A stretch of DNA of 64,000 nucleotides from Eledone cirrhosa. Lineage: Eukaryota. Position numbers and translations under genes: made by a program. This document shows, piece by piece, positions 1-11,949 of the stretch; position 1 is the stretch's first letter; each line of letters starts with the position of its first letter. Under the pieces are notes generated by a model. It made no database searches. It worked only from the letters and a program-made list of their open reading frames with translations, and was not told the origin of the DNA. The stretch is taken from contig OZ024755.1 in assembly GCA_964016885.1 (NCBI GenBank), positions 33,480,001 to 33,544,000 on the forward strand. The letters run 5' to 3'.

Positions 1-7
1 TTTACTG

Positions 8-430
8 ATGATGATGATGGTGGGGGGGGGGGGGTATGGAGTGGTGGGGAGTGATGGTAGAGGTTGTGGTGGTGGTGGTGATGGTAGCAGTGGGTATGGA
101 GTGGTGGGTATGGTGTGGTGGGGAGTGATGGTAGAGGTTGTGGTGGTGGTGGTGATGGTAGCAGTGGGTATGGAGTGGTGGGTATGGTGTGGTGGGGAGT
201 GATGGTGGGAGTGATGGTAGAGGTTGTGGTGGTGGTGGGTATGGTGTGGTGGGGAGTGATGGTGGGAGTGATGGTAGAGGCTGTGGTGGTGGTGGTGGTG
301 GTGGTGGTGGTGGTGGTGGTGGTGGTGGGATGATTTTCGGTGAAAATGGTGGTGACGTTCATGGCGGTATTAGCTGTGGTAATTGTTCTATTGTGGCCAT
401 AATGGTGATGATTGTGATGATGGTGTACTG
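8..430. repeat. G-rich (GGT/GAT)n low-complexity tract with short internal duplications
   Basis: Repeated gtggtggggagtgatggtagaggttgtggtggtgg units and a (GGT)n run; ORFs here are poly-V/G artefacts. Confidence 0.85.
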
Positions 431-920
431 ACCAGGAAACTATTGATGGTGGTGTTGGAGATAATGGCAATAATAGTAGTTGTGGTAGTGGTAGCAATAG
501 TGGTTGTCATTTCTTTATAAATTTAATGGGTAAATTCATAGAACACCTCTCTCAATTTCAGAGAGAAGAAATGTTTTTCCTTATTTTTTCATGTACTACC
601 AACTAATCTAACCTCCAAGATGCTCATAATTGTCTTATCTTTTTCAGGAAAAAGGAGAGTGGAAAAAGGGTGAAAAGACACTCAAAGTTTCACAGGTTTA
701 TACACCTCTCACCAGTTTTCTATACAATATATATATTTATATATATATATATATAGAGAGAGAGACAGTTAATGCATACAAATGAACATTGTATAATGCA
801 GTCAGTCTATGTAGCCAGTTATGTAATTGTACAGAAACATATGTTAAAGATTGAACACTCGATAAATTTTTCCTGTCCACTTCTTCCTTCTTAGTTTTTT
901 TCTGTTTTTTTTCTGGTACC

Positions 921-957
<37 letters not shown>

Positions 958-1488
958 TTACAATAATCAAAGTTCAGTTTAAATCATTTATTTGCTTACA
1001 ATTGTTTCCTCCAAACCGAGGTTTGGATTCTTCGGAGCAACTATTTAATGATCTATAAGATACTTGACCTCCTTTTCAACACAAGAGACATATAAAAACA
1101 TATGCTTATATTGACCCACAGTGGGATGACATCCATCATAATGATATAGCATGGCAATTTACATACAAAGGTTAAAGGATAAAAATAAAAATAAAAATAA
1201 AGCGTTGGCAGTTTATGAAGATAAAGCAAGAGGAAAGTTTAGAGTAGTCAGTGTATGAAACAATCTCACGTGTAGCATGCACGCGTGTCTTATTTATACA
1301 GGATTAGAGTGCGGCAGATTGTTACTTGTAGGATCAGGCAGTTAAAGCAGGCAATCAATAGTATTATGTGGGCTGTATTGTTAAATCATTTTTTCGCATA
1401 CACCTGTATGATATACAATCCCGAATGTAGAGAAACACCAAAATATCAAAATTATCAAACATATTATATATATATATATATATATATA

Positions 1489-1804
1489 AGCAGAAGGGAT
1501 ATTTAATTTGTTGGAAATTTAACAAATATAAATGTTTATAACTGATTCAGAGCACTCGACAGATTTCTGGAGTAAATATTCAATGATATTAAATAAATGG
1601 AAACTATATCTATAAAACCATATTTATTCTATTATATATATTTCAAGGGTACCAAAAACTTTGGTACGCTTTCATCAGATGAAATACGTGTGTTTTATAA
1701 ATTTATCTGATGAAAGCGTACCAAAGATTTTGGAACCCTTGAAATATATATAATAGAATAAATATGGTTTTATAGATATAGTTTCCATTTATTTAATATC
1801 ATTG
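1489..1804 (-). mobile_element. Penelope-like terminal (pLTR) fragment as fold-back cassette in (TA)n
   Basis: 100-bp inverted arms 1581-1680 / 1705-1804, each with a hammerhead core; unpaired tail 1489-1580; (TA)n on both sides; homologous to 7851-8297. Confidence 0.75.
1702..1757 (+). ncRNA. minimal type-I hammerhead ribozyme
   Basis: tttat-CTGATGA(1707-1713)-stem II (aagcgtaccaaa...ttggaaccctt)-GAAA(1741-1744)-t-atat-ATA^-ataga; mirror copy on the minus strand in the left arm. Confidence 0.7.
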
Positions 1805-1821
1805 TATATATATATATATAT

Positions 1822-4350
1822 AATAGGGTATAAGTATCGTAGGAGAGGAGAAAGCAGAGAGATGCGGAGAGGTGCGATACAGATTACTAAATGCCAATAG
1901 CCAAAGCGGGGTGTGCTCAATGCTTGGGTTAGCAGAGTTAAATATTAGAGGAGATTTAATATTCAGTGTATTGTTCAAGCAGAGCGGGAATAAGCAAATG
2001 AATGAATGAAGGAGTTACAAGCCGTTAAAACAAGTTCTTTATATAGCTCTTACACATGTTTCACCCACACGCACTCTTCAGAGAAATAATTGATTATATA
2101 ATGTCATCAATAAGTATAAATACCGTTGAGAATCATTTCCTCAGTTTCACGTCTCCTTGCATGATAGGCGAAAAAAATAACAACAATGGCGTCAGTGAAA
2201 GGGGCATAATCCACTAGGGGAGATAACTACATGGTGCTAGGCAATAAATTACCCTAAAATTTATCCCAGCTTGGGGGGAAGGTTTAGCAGGGTGGGCCTA
2301 ACTCAGTTGGTGATAGGCAGTGCCTCGGTAAAAAGGAAGAACGCTGGTTAATAGTGTCATTAGATACTACACTTTGGCCTACTTATTGCAGGTGGACTAA
2401 ATGGTGGTGCAATGTAGATTGCTGCGGGGATAGAATGTTATTACTGGTCTAGAGACCAGTTGTAGAACGGGTGTTGTAGCCTGTGGCTGCAATTAATGAC
2501 TGTTTCAGCCCGACTATTAATGAGTTCCTGGGGTGAGCACACTTTCCATTAGGCAGAGCTGGCAATTTTTCCTAAAGTTGTATAGGGTTGCTTGATCAAC
2601 TATTCCCCATTGTGTGGTGTAGCTAATGTTAGATTCAGTTAATAGTGTAATATAATTAGCGAGGGAGGTAGAGAATCTGAGTTTCTTATTTCTAAAGGAG
2701 TGGAGATGCGATCTAAATCTAGTCTTGAACTCATTAGAAGTGGTGCCTATTTAGGACCTATTGCTATTATTACTCGTCACGGTGCATTTGTAGATTACAT
2801 TTCTCATCAAGCAGTGGCCCTGGAGGGGACAGTTGTTGGGGTTTCGGCAATTGCAATGCTTTTTATTGTTATTTCTAATGTGGTGAGGTCCACTGCTATC
2901 ATTACCACTATCATTACCACTACATTACCACCATCACCATTGTCGTCATTGTTGCTGTTGGCATTATTATAGATATAGTTTTGCAACATGGTGTTATTTT
3001 TGTTGTTCCTATTATGGCTCCTTCTACATCTGTTATCGCTGCTATGGTTCCTATCCTGGTCGCCAGTTCCACTATTAATTCTGCGGTTAGCCTCTATGGT
3101 GTTGATGATGTTGATATTATTGCTATTACTATGATTATTACCCTGGTTTCTATAATTGCTATTATGGCTACCAGTATTGTTATGGTTATTAAAGTGGCCA
3201 GACGTTCCAATGTTGCGTTACAAGATGGCTTTATTCCAGTGAGCTTCCTGTGGTTACTAAGTGCTATGAGATCGGCTAAGTTAGGTGTAGTAGAGTAAGA
3301 GATTTTGACATTCGTGTTGAGGATCTTATGGTACCTATGGTTAGGTGGGAAGTTTCTCTCTAAGGCATTGAAGAAGATTCGGGTATGTTTGAGGCTAGAG
3401 TAAGGGGGAAGGAACCATATGACATTACGCCGACATGTCTGTGTCGCCGTTGGGCAGGTGTGGTCATTTAAGCCCTGGTGGGTGTTTCTGCTGTGGCAGT
3501 TGGACTGCTGCATGTTGCGCGCACTGTTTGTTATTAGACCCACGTGTTAACCTACCCCCTTGAGGGGCTGACCTAGGTTACCCTGTGCTTTCTGGTAGGT
3601 GTTGGTAAAATACAGTCTCCTTTGTTATGTCTGTATGCGGGGAATTTATCTAGTAAGTTACTACTAGTTATATTGTCTAAATTAGATTAGCATCGGTTTA
3701 GGGATCTACCTGGCCCACCACCATTGCTGTTGTGATGTTGGCCTAGGTCAGTCACAATGCTGGTTTGACTCGTATATATTTCCCATTAACAAGTGGTTAT
3801 TGGTGCACCACGCCATTACACTGGTCCTATGGGAGGGGGACCTAGTAGAACTAATGTCCTGGATGTAAGAAATCCTACTGCTATACCCAGATTCGGCCAG
3901 TGCTTTGTTGTAGTCGTCAGCAGTTTGGTCGAAAAGGTCCTCGTTGGCCGATAGCCTCGAGATTCTGTGTGAGATGCTACTAACTACAGAGTGAAGTGTA
4001 GATTTTGGGTGGTTAGATGCTTTGTTCATGTAAGATAGAACCTCACCTGTCTTGTGGTACAGTCTGTATAGGCCAGTATCTAACTCTAATGTTACATCCA
4101 GGAAGTTAACTACTTTATGGTTATGGTCTATTGTAACTGAGAGGCCATACGTTTTAAAGAACTTATGGATATATGCTTATTGAGGTTTTCTATCCTACAG
4201 GGGTTGTGATTCCTTACAGTAAATAGAGCATCGTCCCTATATAAACCTCCTTGTAGTGCAGGGATCTCTTCCCTGAGCTTATGCAGGAGGTATATTCCAA
4301 CCAGGTCGGTTACCTGTGCAGAGTCACTCAACCTCATCATGATAGCGAAA
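1822..4350 (-). mobile_element. 5'-truncated, decayed Penelope-like retroelement (Naiad-type RT + C-terminal GIY-YIG)
   Basis: Minus-strand translation, across frameshifts and stops: DLVGIYLL...GLYRDD (RT), SNHPKS...NKALAESGY (thumb), RRNVIWFLPPY...KISYSTTPN (linker), CNCRNPNNCPLQGHCLMRNVIYKC...*IGTTSNEFKTRFRSH...CQLCLME (GIY-YIG). Both ends abut (TA)n. Confidence 0.88.
2047..2085 (-). ncRNA. degenerate hammerhead ribozyme in 3' UTR of the Penelope-like element
   Basis: Minus strand: ttct-CTGAAGA-gtgcgtgtgggt-GAAA-c-atgt-GTA^-agag; stem II is damaged. Confidence 0.5.
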
Positions 4351-4409
4351 TTATATATATATATATATATACACACACATACACACACACACACACACGC
4401 ATATGTGTA

Positions 4410-4560
4410 TGTATGTAAAAGGTAAACAGAAATAACAAAAATAACAAAACACATGTCAAAGTACATGGAAGAAATATATTAGTTTAATGCTTGAAATAGC
4501 GTTTTGGACGCTTGTCTTTTATCAGAAGATAGAGTTAGAAATTGAAGTTAAATAGAAAGT
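4410..4560 (-). mobile_element. Penelope-like 3' terminal fragment (family shared with 50925-51140)
   Basis: Near-identical start gtaaaaggtaaacagaaataacaaaa; decayed CTGATAA...AAAA core with an internal deletion. Confidence 0.5.
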
Positions 4561-5256
4561 AAAGAGTGATGAGAAGAAGGAACGAGGTAGAACACACATG
4601 CATGATTCAGTGGGTTATCTTGGAGAGAGAGAGAGAGAAAGGCAAGGTGTGAAAGAACCATAGACCTACATACAGTTGCAGGTATTGGCTTGTACCACTT
4701 TGTTTTGTTTGCCAATAAGAAAGCAGCAAAATACGAAACAGATCCAAATAGAGACTTATAAATGGTTTCTAAAACAAAAATCGAAAAAAAAAAAAAAAAA
4801 AAAAAAAAGAGAGAAAGAAAAAAAGAAAGAAAGAGAAAGAAAAAAAAACAAGAATAAAAGCACCAAAAACACATATATATAATCCTGATATAATTTCCAG
4901 AAACCACTTTATCTAGTTTATTCTAGGCAATGCTATAGGAGCAATATGTCTAATGAAAGCTTATCTTTCTTTCTCTACCATGGTTATGACATGTATGCCT
5001 CTGTAGAAAATGTCAACAAAATGGAGATATTTAGGTGTTCAATTATTCTGTACATTCATCTGTAAAATTGTTCATAATTTTTTTCTTACACTGTAGGTAT
5101 TTTTCGGTATTTTTCAGTGAAAAGCGAACAACAAATTCTTAGATACCAATATTTCCTCATTTTTTGAAGATAATCAATTGGAAGAGATAAATGCATGATG
5201 ATGGGAATAATAAGAAAATAACCAACTAGGGTGAAAAATAATGATAGTACTTACAT

Positions 5257-5291
<35 letters not shown>

Positions 5292-5344
5292 AAAGTAAAG
5301 CAGTTGTAGTTGTTGTTGTAATAATAATAATTATCAAAATAATA

Positions 5345-5716
5345 ATTGTTTCTGCTTTTGGCACAAGGCCAGCAATTACCCAGTGCATTACTGGTACTTT
5401 ATTTTATCGACCCTGTAAGGATGAAATGCAAAGTTAACCTTGACCCGTTGAACTCAGAATGGCAAGGGCCGTAACTCTATGCTGCAGAGTATGGTGTCCA
5501 ACCCTCTACCGATACTGCCAATCCACTGCCCCCTTTAATTGTTTCTACTTTCGGCACAAGGCCAGCAATTACCCAGTGCATTACTGGTACTTTATTTTAT
5601 CAACCCCGTAAGGATGAAAGTCAAAGTTAACCTCGGCGGGATTTGAACTCAGAATGGCAAGGGCCGCAACCCTATGCATCAAAGCATGGCGTCCGACCCT
5701 CTACCGATACTGCCAA
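5345..5716 (-). mobile_element. two tandem tRNA-derived SINEs (Deu/Nin-like core); a partial third at ~5890-5998
   Basis: Reverse complement has A/B-box head (tggcagtatcggtag...gagttcaaatccc), core gcctttcatccttacggggtcgataaaataaagtacc and tail ggccttgtgccaaaagtagaaacaatt. About 25-30 copies or fragments occur across the window. Confidence 0.85.
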
Positions 5717-6099
5717 TAATAATAATAATAATAGTAATAATAATATCTGAGGCTGCAGGTAGTGGCTTGATATTCCAGTTAACTAACATCAATGACTGAG
5801 ACTCAAAGAATAATAATAATAATAGTAATAATAATAATAATGTTTTCTTTATTAACCACAAGGGTTGACATAAATGTATAATAATAATAATTGTTGCTAC
5901 TTTTGGCACAAGGCCACCAATTACCCAGTGCATTACTGGTACTTTATTTTATCGACCCCATAAGGATGAAAGGCAAAGTTAACCTCGGTGGGATTTGAAA
6001 AGTATAATAATAATAATAATAATAATAATGTTTTCTTTATTAACCCCAAGGGTTGACATAAAGTATAATAATAATGATGATGATAATAAGTAAAATTAA

Positions 6100-6566
6100 A
6101 CAGACTGATATGAATATCCCAAAAGATAGTGAAGTGTAAGAAAATATAGTTCCCCAGGGCAGATGCTGATTGTCTGTACAGAAAAGCTATTGGAGACAGA
6201 GGAATGATAGAAACTGTCATATGAAATAGCAATAACAGAGATATTTAGATACTTTCAACTCACAATAGGTTGAATGGTGCAGCAGATTTTGGAGTACGAG
6301 GCAACAACAAAATACTACACTCAATTGCAAAAGAATGTAGAAAAATATGCCAAGGAACTGAATATAAATCTTGAAATATGTAAGAACAAAGAAAATATTG
6401 ATGATGGGCAAACTAAAAACATGAAGCAGCTAGTAAAAATGTAAGGTTAAGAACAATTAGAAGACCAATGAGAACAAAGCAAAGATGTTGAGGAATCAGG
6501 TAACATATTAGTGGCTGTGGAGTTCAGGACTAAAAACAAAGATAGAAGGATTCATGCTACCAGCTC
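6100..6566 (+). mobile_element. ancient R4/Dong-like non-LTR retrotransposon remnant
   Basis: Broken translation PRADADCLY...GDRGMI and WLWSSGLKTKIEGFMLPAQ resembles the HPKADVDRLY..GGRGL and WL..GLK.ETEGFI.AAQ motifs; many stops. Confidence 0.6.
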
Positions 6567-6656
6567 AACCCTTAAGTATTTAAACTGGCCATACGTGAAC
6601 AGAATTCTCTCACCTCTTTCTGTTGAAACCAGACATAAGCAGCCGTCATACCAACG

Positions 6657-6872
6657 TTAACCCTTTCGCATTTACATTACTCTATATTTACTATTGTACT
6701 TTCACGCTAAACACTTTATCTCACATAATATCTAACCTATGAGATTTTGATATTATTCATTTTGAGAACAATACCAAAACATCAGTATCAGTGGCCGGTG
6801 ACAGTCAGTTTAAACAGAGAGAGATGAGAGAATTGTGGCCGGATAAGGGTGATTTAAATGCTAAAGGGTTAA
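6657..6872 (+). mobile_element. TTAA-flanked (piggyBac-like) MITE, ~210 bp unexpanded copy
   Basis: TTAA-cccttt(c)gcattta ... taaatgctaaaggg-TTAA; multiple copies in the window. Confidence 0.8.
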
Positions 6873-7098
6873 AGCTTTGTTCTCAAAATAAATAACATCA
6901 AATGTGAGGTAAAGTGGTTCCTGCAGAAAAAGTTAAAATTTCTAAGATAAGAGATAACAAAAGAATCTTACCGTAGCAATTTCTGCTAAGGTAAGATTCG
7001 TTTCTTATCTTAGTAATTTTAATTTTCTTTCTAGTGCATTGTATGGTTTTCAAAATTATTTGAATTTATGTATCCTATTCAACAAACTACAACACTGT

Positions 7099-7099
<1 letters not shown>

Positions 7100-7130
<31 letters not shown>

Positions 7131-7184
7131 CTGTGTATATATATATATATATATACTGTATATATATATATATATATATATATA

Positions 7185-7274
<90 letters not shown>

Positions 7275-7334
7275 CTGTATATATATATATATATACTGTA
7301 TATATATATATACTGTATATATATATATATATAT
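7100..7334. repeat. (TA)n microsatellite with periodic CTG interruptions
   Basis: Seen directly. Confidence 0.95.
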
Positions 7335-7504
7335 ATAGGAACGAGTAGGACCCCGACGGCTGAGCTCAAGCCGTTTTGACGTCAAAACGGCTTGAGCTCA
7401 GCCGTCGGGGTCCTACTCGTTCCTATTACCCAATCTACTACCCTAAGTATTGAGTACTTTGGTGCGTTATGGTCCACCTGGTTCCTTACCACATTTCCTT
7501 CGTT
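7335..7504 (+). mobile_element. fold-back cassette: perfect 92-bp palindrome plus ~80-nt tail, hammerhead 3' half
   Basis: Palindrome 7335-7426 centred on gac|gtc; the arm reads (G>A)AAA-cggcttgagctcagcc-GTC^-gggg; homologous to 61539-61740. Confidence 0.75.
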
Positions 7505-7529
7505 ATATATATATATATATATATATATA

Positions 7530-7810
7530 ACATTTCATGTTATCAATAATGTAGTGATAATATATCGTCACGTTAGAGATGAACAGCGTACGTGTAGGTT
7601 TCTTACAACTAATATAAATTCCTTTCTTACAACTTTGATTTTTCTGATTTTTTGCCAATTTATCCAATATCTCTGAAGAAGTGACAACTGATTATACATT
7701 TGCTATCGAATACGATTACGCAAGCAGCGATACATAGGTATTCCATCTGTTACAGAAACCTATGTCAATACCTAATAAATTCCTTTATAAAAGCACTTTC
7801 ATTTTATATT

Positions 7811-7818
<8 letters not shown>
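7530..7818 (+). mobile_element. probable Penelope-like terminal fragment with long-stem-II hammerhead-like motif
   Basis: CTGAAGA 7673-7679 ... GAAA 7755-7758-c-ctat-GTC; aagcact motif near the 3' end; (TA)n both sides; stem I weak. Confidence 0.4.
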
Positions 7819-7850
<32 letters not shown>

Positions 7851-7856
<6 letters not shown>

Positions 7857-8292
7857 GATATTAAACAAATGGAAACTATATTTATAAAACCATATTTATT
7901 TCATTATACATATTTCAGGGATACCATATTAAAAATATGGCATGCCTTCGTCAGATAAAATACAATATATAAACAGTTTTATAAATAATTTTGACGTACC
8001 ATAAATATGAGCGACCATTATGTAGGAAGCTGGTTTGGTAGTAATGGTCGCTCATATTTATTGTACGTCAAAATTATTTATAAAACTGTTTATATATTGT
8101 ATTTTACCTGACGAAGGCATGCCATATTTTTAATATGGTATCCCCGAAAAATGTATAATGAAATAAATATGGTTTTATAAATATAGTTTCCATTTATTAA
8201 TATCGTATATCTACTCCAAAAACTTGTCGAGTGCTTTATATCAGTTATAAAATATTTACTTGTTGTAACCCAACAATTTTAAATAAAACTTT

Positions 8293-8297
<5 letters not shown>
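7851..8297 (+). mobile_element. Penelope-like pLTR fold-back cassette in (TA)n
   Basis: ~168-bp inverted arms 7851-8020 / 8042-8210; tail 8211-8297; same family as 1489-1804. Confidence 0.78.
8101..8164 (+). ncRNA. minimal type-I hammerhead ribozyme
   Basis: attttac-CTGACGA(8108-8114)-aggcatgccatatt/aatatggtatcccc-GAAA(8146-8149)-aatgt-ATA^-atgaaat; the minus-strand copy in the left arm has better stems I and III. Confidence 0.7.
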
Positions 8298-8345
<48 letters not shown>

Positions 8346-8514
8346 CTCTTAGTTTTATACATATATACATAAAATTATAAGTTTGAGGGACAGACAGGTA
8401 AAATTTACCTAATTTTTCTTCTTAGTCCGGAGAAATTAACTAAAGAAATAATAGATACATGTTTACCAATATTCCTCTTTATATATATATAACTCTTAAA
8501 GTTATATATATCCG

Positions 8515-8845
8515 CCACCACCCCTACTCACCCCACACCCTTCCACCACCTGTTTATCCCCCTTTTAATTTCAGTTTATTTTGATCATGCCTTTATTTTT
8601 AAATTTTCTCATTCCTTGTATTTTGATCATGCTTTATTTTTATATTTTTTATCTTTTTTCGCTATATGTCTCTCCACCACTCCCCTACACACCTTTTGAA
8701 CTCTGTTCCCACACACTTCTCACCTGAGGAAGGGCTTATGCCCGAAATGTCGTCCCCCACCTACCCCCCACTCTCCTGAGCGTGAAATTAATAAACATTT
8801 ATTGTACTGCCTCTCTGTTTTGTCCCTGTTCAAAATTTTTTCATT
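8515..8845 (+). mobile_element. Penelope-like 3' terminal fragment
   Basis: Pyrimidine-rich UTR, hammerhead core, tail similar to 50925-51140 (reverse), ends in (TA)n. Confidence 0.6.
8721..8754 (+). ncRNA. very small hammerhead ribozyme core
   Basis: cac-CTGAGGA-agggc-ttat-gccc-GAAA-t-GTC^-gt; clean 4-bp stem II; stems I and III minimal. Confidence 0.6.
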
Positions 8846-8897
8846 ATATATATATATATATATATATAACTCTTAAAGTTATGTAGTATGTATATAT

Positions 8898-9279
8898 CAT
8901 CATCATTTTACGTCCGTTTTTCCCTGCTTGCAAGGGTGGGACAGGAACTGATTCTGGCTTGATTTCTACAGCTGGATGCCCTTCCTAACACCAACCTCAT
9001 TTACAGCAAGTGCTGGGTGCTTTTTTTTTTTTTTCCGTGGCGCCTACACGACCACTTTACAGTGAGTGCTGGGTGCTTTTTTCCGTGGCACCTCCACGAC
9101 CACTTTGCAGTGGAATGATAGGGACCACAGTCCCTATCATCTCATTTCTATAGCTGAGTAAACTGGAGCAATGTGAAATAAAGTGTCTTGCTCAAGGAAA
9201 CAACACATCACCTGGTCTGAGAATTGAACTCACAACCTTTCAATTGCCAATGCTCTAACCACTAAGCCATGTTCCTCCA
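8898..9279 (-). mobile_element. tRNA-headed SINE (Meta-like core) with RTE-type tail ending in (TGA)n
   Basis: Head ggcttagtggttagagca...gagttcaattc, core ccttgagcaagacactt...ctcagct, tail gcaagcagggaaaa.cggacgtaaaatgatgatg; other full copies at 29906, 34477 and 60303. Confidence 0.85.
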
Positions 9280-9282
9280 TGT

Positions 9283-9356
9283 ACTTTTGGCTCTGCTGTA
9301 GGCTATAAGCATTCAATTAATTCTGCAACATAATATTATAATTGTATACAGACTAG

Positions 9357-9390
<34 letters not shown>

Positions 9391-9464
9391 CTAGTCTGTA
9401 TACAATTATAATAATATGCTGCAGAATTAAATGAATGCTTATTGCCTACAGCAGAGCCAAAAGT
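9283..9464. repeat. 78-bp inverted repeat centred on (TA)n
   Basis: Arms 9283-9360 / 9387-9464 with a few mismatches. Confidence 0.9.
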
Positions 9465-11139
9465 GCCCCCCAGAGCACCCCCCCCCCCCCCCCTCCGCGC
9501 ACCTCTCTAGCTACATTACTGCAGACAAGAACGTAATTTTTTTTCATATTTCCGTTATTCTTTTACTGTGTAATTTTGAGTCAACAAAACTACCTCTTGT
9601 TACATGGGAAACATGGGAACTACCTCCTGCTTGCCAACCACCACCACCACCACAACAACAACAACAACAACAGCAGCAGCAACAACAAACAGCATTGAAC
9701 AGAACAATACAGTTCCCAAACAGAAAATAAAATGAAAGCAAAACAAAACAAACAATACTAAACATATAGAGTTTCTAATTGTAGAAAATGGGAAAGGAAT
9801 AACATTTCAGTAAAAAAACAGTTTATATTTTAAACAACACATTTGACAACAGCAATAACATTCACACATATATCACCAAATGAAAGTGTTTCCAATGAAA
9901 AGCAGACCATGTCATTTGGAAGAAGCAGAGTTTTCAATAAAAGGATATATGATATAAAATATTTCAATGAATGTACAAATGCATGGCTAGATGTCATGAG
10001 AATGGGGTTTTGTTTTCTGCCCAAAGCTATCACCCAGGCACTTAAGTAGGCTGATTGATAACTTCTGTCTTGTTCAAACTGATCATAAGTTCAAAGACTT
10101 AAGCTGCCTCTGCACTTCTGCTAACAGTGAACTGGAAGTGGACAATGAGAACGTAGGCATTTTAAAATAGAGCTTTCAGAATGAATGTTTCAAATATATT
10201 GGTGCTGGTACTTAATCATCACATAAGTGGCAAACCAGCAGAGTCATTAGAATGTCAGATAGAATGCTTTGTGGTATTTGTTCTGCCTATCTGTTCCGAG
10301 TTCAAATCCCATCAACGTCAACTTTGCTTTTCATTCCTTTGAGGTTGATAAAAAATGTACCAGTCTAGTACTGAAGGCGCATGGCTTAGTAGTTAGAGTA
10401 TTGTGCTTGCAATCGAAAGGTTGTGAGTTCGATTCTCAGACCAGGTGATGTGTTGTGTCCTTGAGCAAGACACTTTATTTCACGTTGCTTCAGTTTACTC
10501 AGCTGTAGAAATGAGTTGCTATCCTCCTGCCAAATGAATGGGTGGCAGTAGTTCCAGCTGCACACATCAAAAGACTGGTGTAGTGGTTCTGAGAACAATG
10601 CGGCTTTGCAGATGATCAATACAAATTGACAATGGAAAGGTGTTCCTGCTCGAGTTAGAAAAGATCTATTGACCTTCAGGAGAAGCAGAGACCCCTGATT
10701 GTATTCAGCAACCGAAACAAATATGAAGTACACCAAATCCATTGCTCCTAGGGGCGGCCCTGGTTCTTCTTATTTGCGAGTGTAAACTTGGCCAGATTAG
10801 ATTAGTGCTGGGGTTGATTCTTTCTCTATATCTATTTCTCACTTCCTTTGCTGGAAGAAATTTCTATGTTAAGACCTGGAAAGAAGATGGGCTCTGCCAA
10901 GTTTTAAAATGGCCAAGAAAGACTGTATGCCAATATTGCATCCCTACAACTCCTTCGGGTATTAGGTGTTTACACACAGAGTCATCAGAGCTGAAAGAGT
11001 AATCTATTCATCAGTATGGATTTCTCATTAATCATGAAATGCCTGACTCGGGGCATAACTAAAAGAAAAAGTGAGTTTGAAGAGTATTGGAGCAATAAAA
11101 GAACCTTTTTTTCCATTCAAGTAAATATCTTAGTGAAAG

Positions 11140-11680
11140 GATTTGAACTGAAAAGGTAAAAGGCCATAACTCTATGCTGCAAAGCATGGTTTCTAATGCT
11201 CTGCCGATACTGCCAATCCACCGCAAAAACCATAACTGTATAATGATTTCTTGCATAGACACAGGGCCGGTAAATTTGGGAGGGAGGGGAAAGTCAATTA
11301 AATCGACACCAGTGCATTACTGGTACTTTATTATGGTAAAAGGCCATAATTCTATGCTGCAAAGCATGGTGTCCAATGCTCTACCGATACTGCCTATCCA
11401 CCGCCCTCACCATAACTATATAATGCAAATTATTTTGCTTGATGCTCTCCTAATACTGCCAGTTCACCACCCTGGTACAAGAGAAATAATTGTTTCTACT
11501 TTAGGCACAAGGCCAGCAATTACCCAGTACATTACTGGTACTTTATTTTATCGACCCCCGTAAGGATGAAAGGCAAAGTTGACCTCGGCGAGATTTGAAC
11601 TCAGAATGGAAAGGGCCGTAACTCTATGCGTCAAAGCATGACGTCCGACCCTCTACCGATACTGCCTATCCACCGCCCTG
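11140..11680 (-). mobile_element. cluster of Deu/Nin-type SINE copies and fragments
   Basis: Repeated ctctaccgatactgccaatccaccgc heads; full copy at ~11485-11680. Confidence 0.8.
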
Positions 11681-11949
11681 GGAAGTAACGGCACTAATAT
11701 TGACATGAAGTGCACATAAAAATGTTTTTTGAATAATAAAGTACTCGAAATTGTGAGTAGAGGTTAAGATAATATAGAAGTAATCCATGGTAAATCTAGG
11801 TTTATTATCATAGGAGTTAAGAAAGTAAGTTATGACAGAGTTTATGTTGCAAATTTAACTCATTTCACTCTATTTGCACATTTCATGTTTCATCGTTATA
11901 TATTTTACTTGAGATATATTCACCATATAATCTCCCATTTGTATGGAAA

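Noticed and set aside
1581-1804. Hairpins as library or assembly fold-back artefacts, or as ordinary MITEs
   Set aside because: Arms carry mismatches, have family-specific fixed ends and asymmetric tails, and contain ribozyme cores. The perfect 7335-7426 palindrome alone still needs read support.
2460-2860. Selenocysteine recoding, reported for some Naiad elements
   Set aside because: The conserved Cys codons I read here and at 33.2-33.6 kb are TGC/TGT; the stops seen are TAA/TAG decay.
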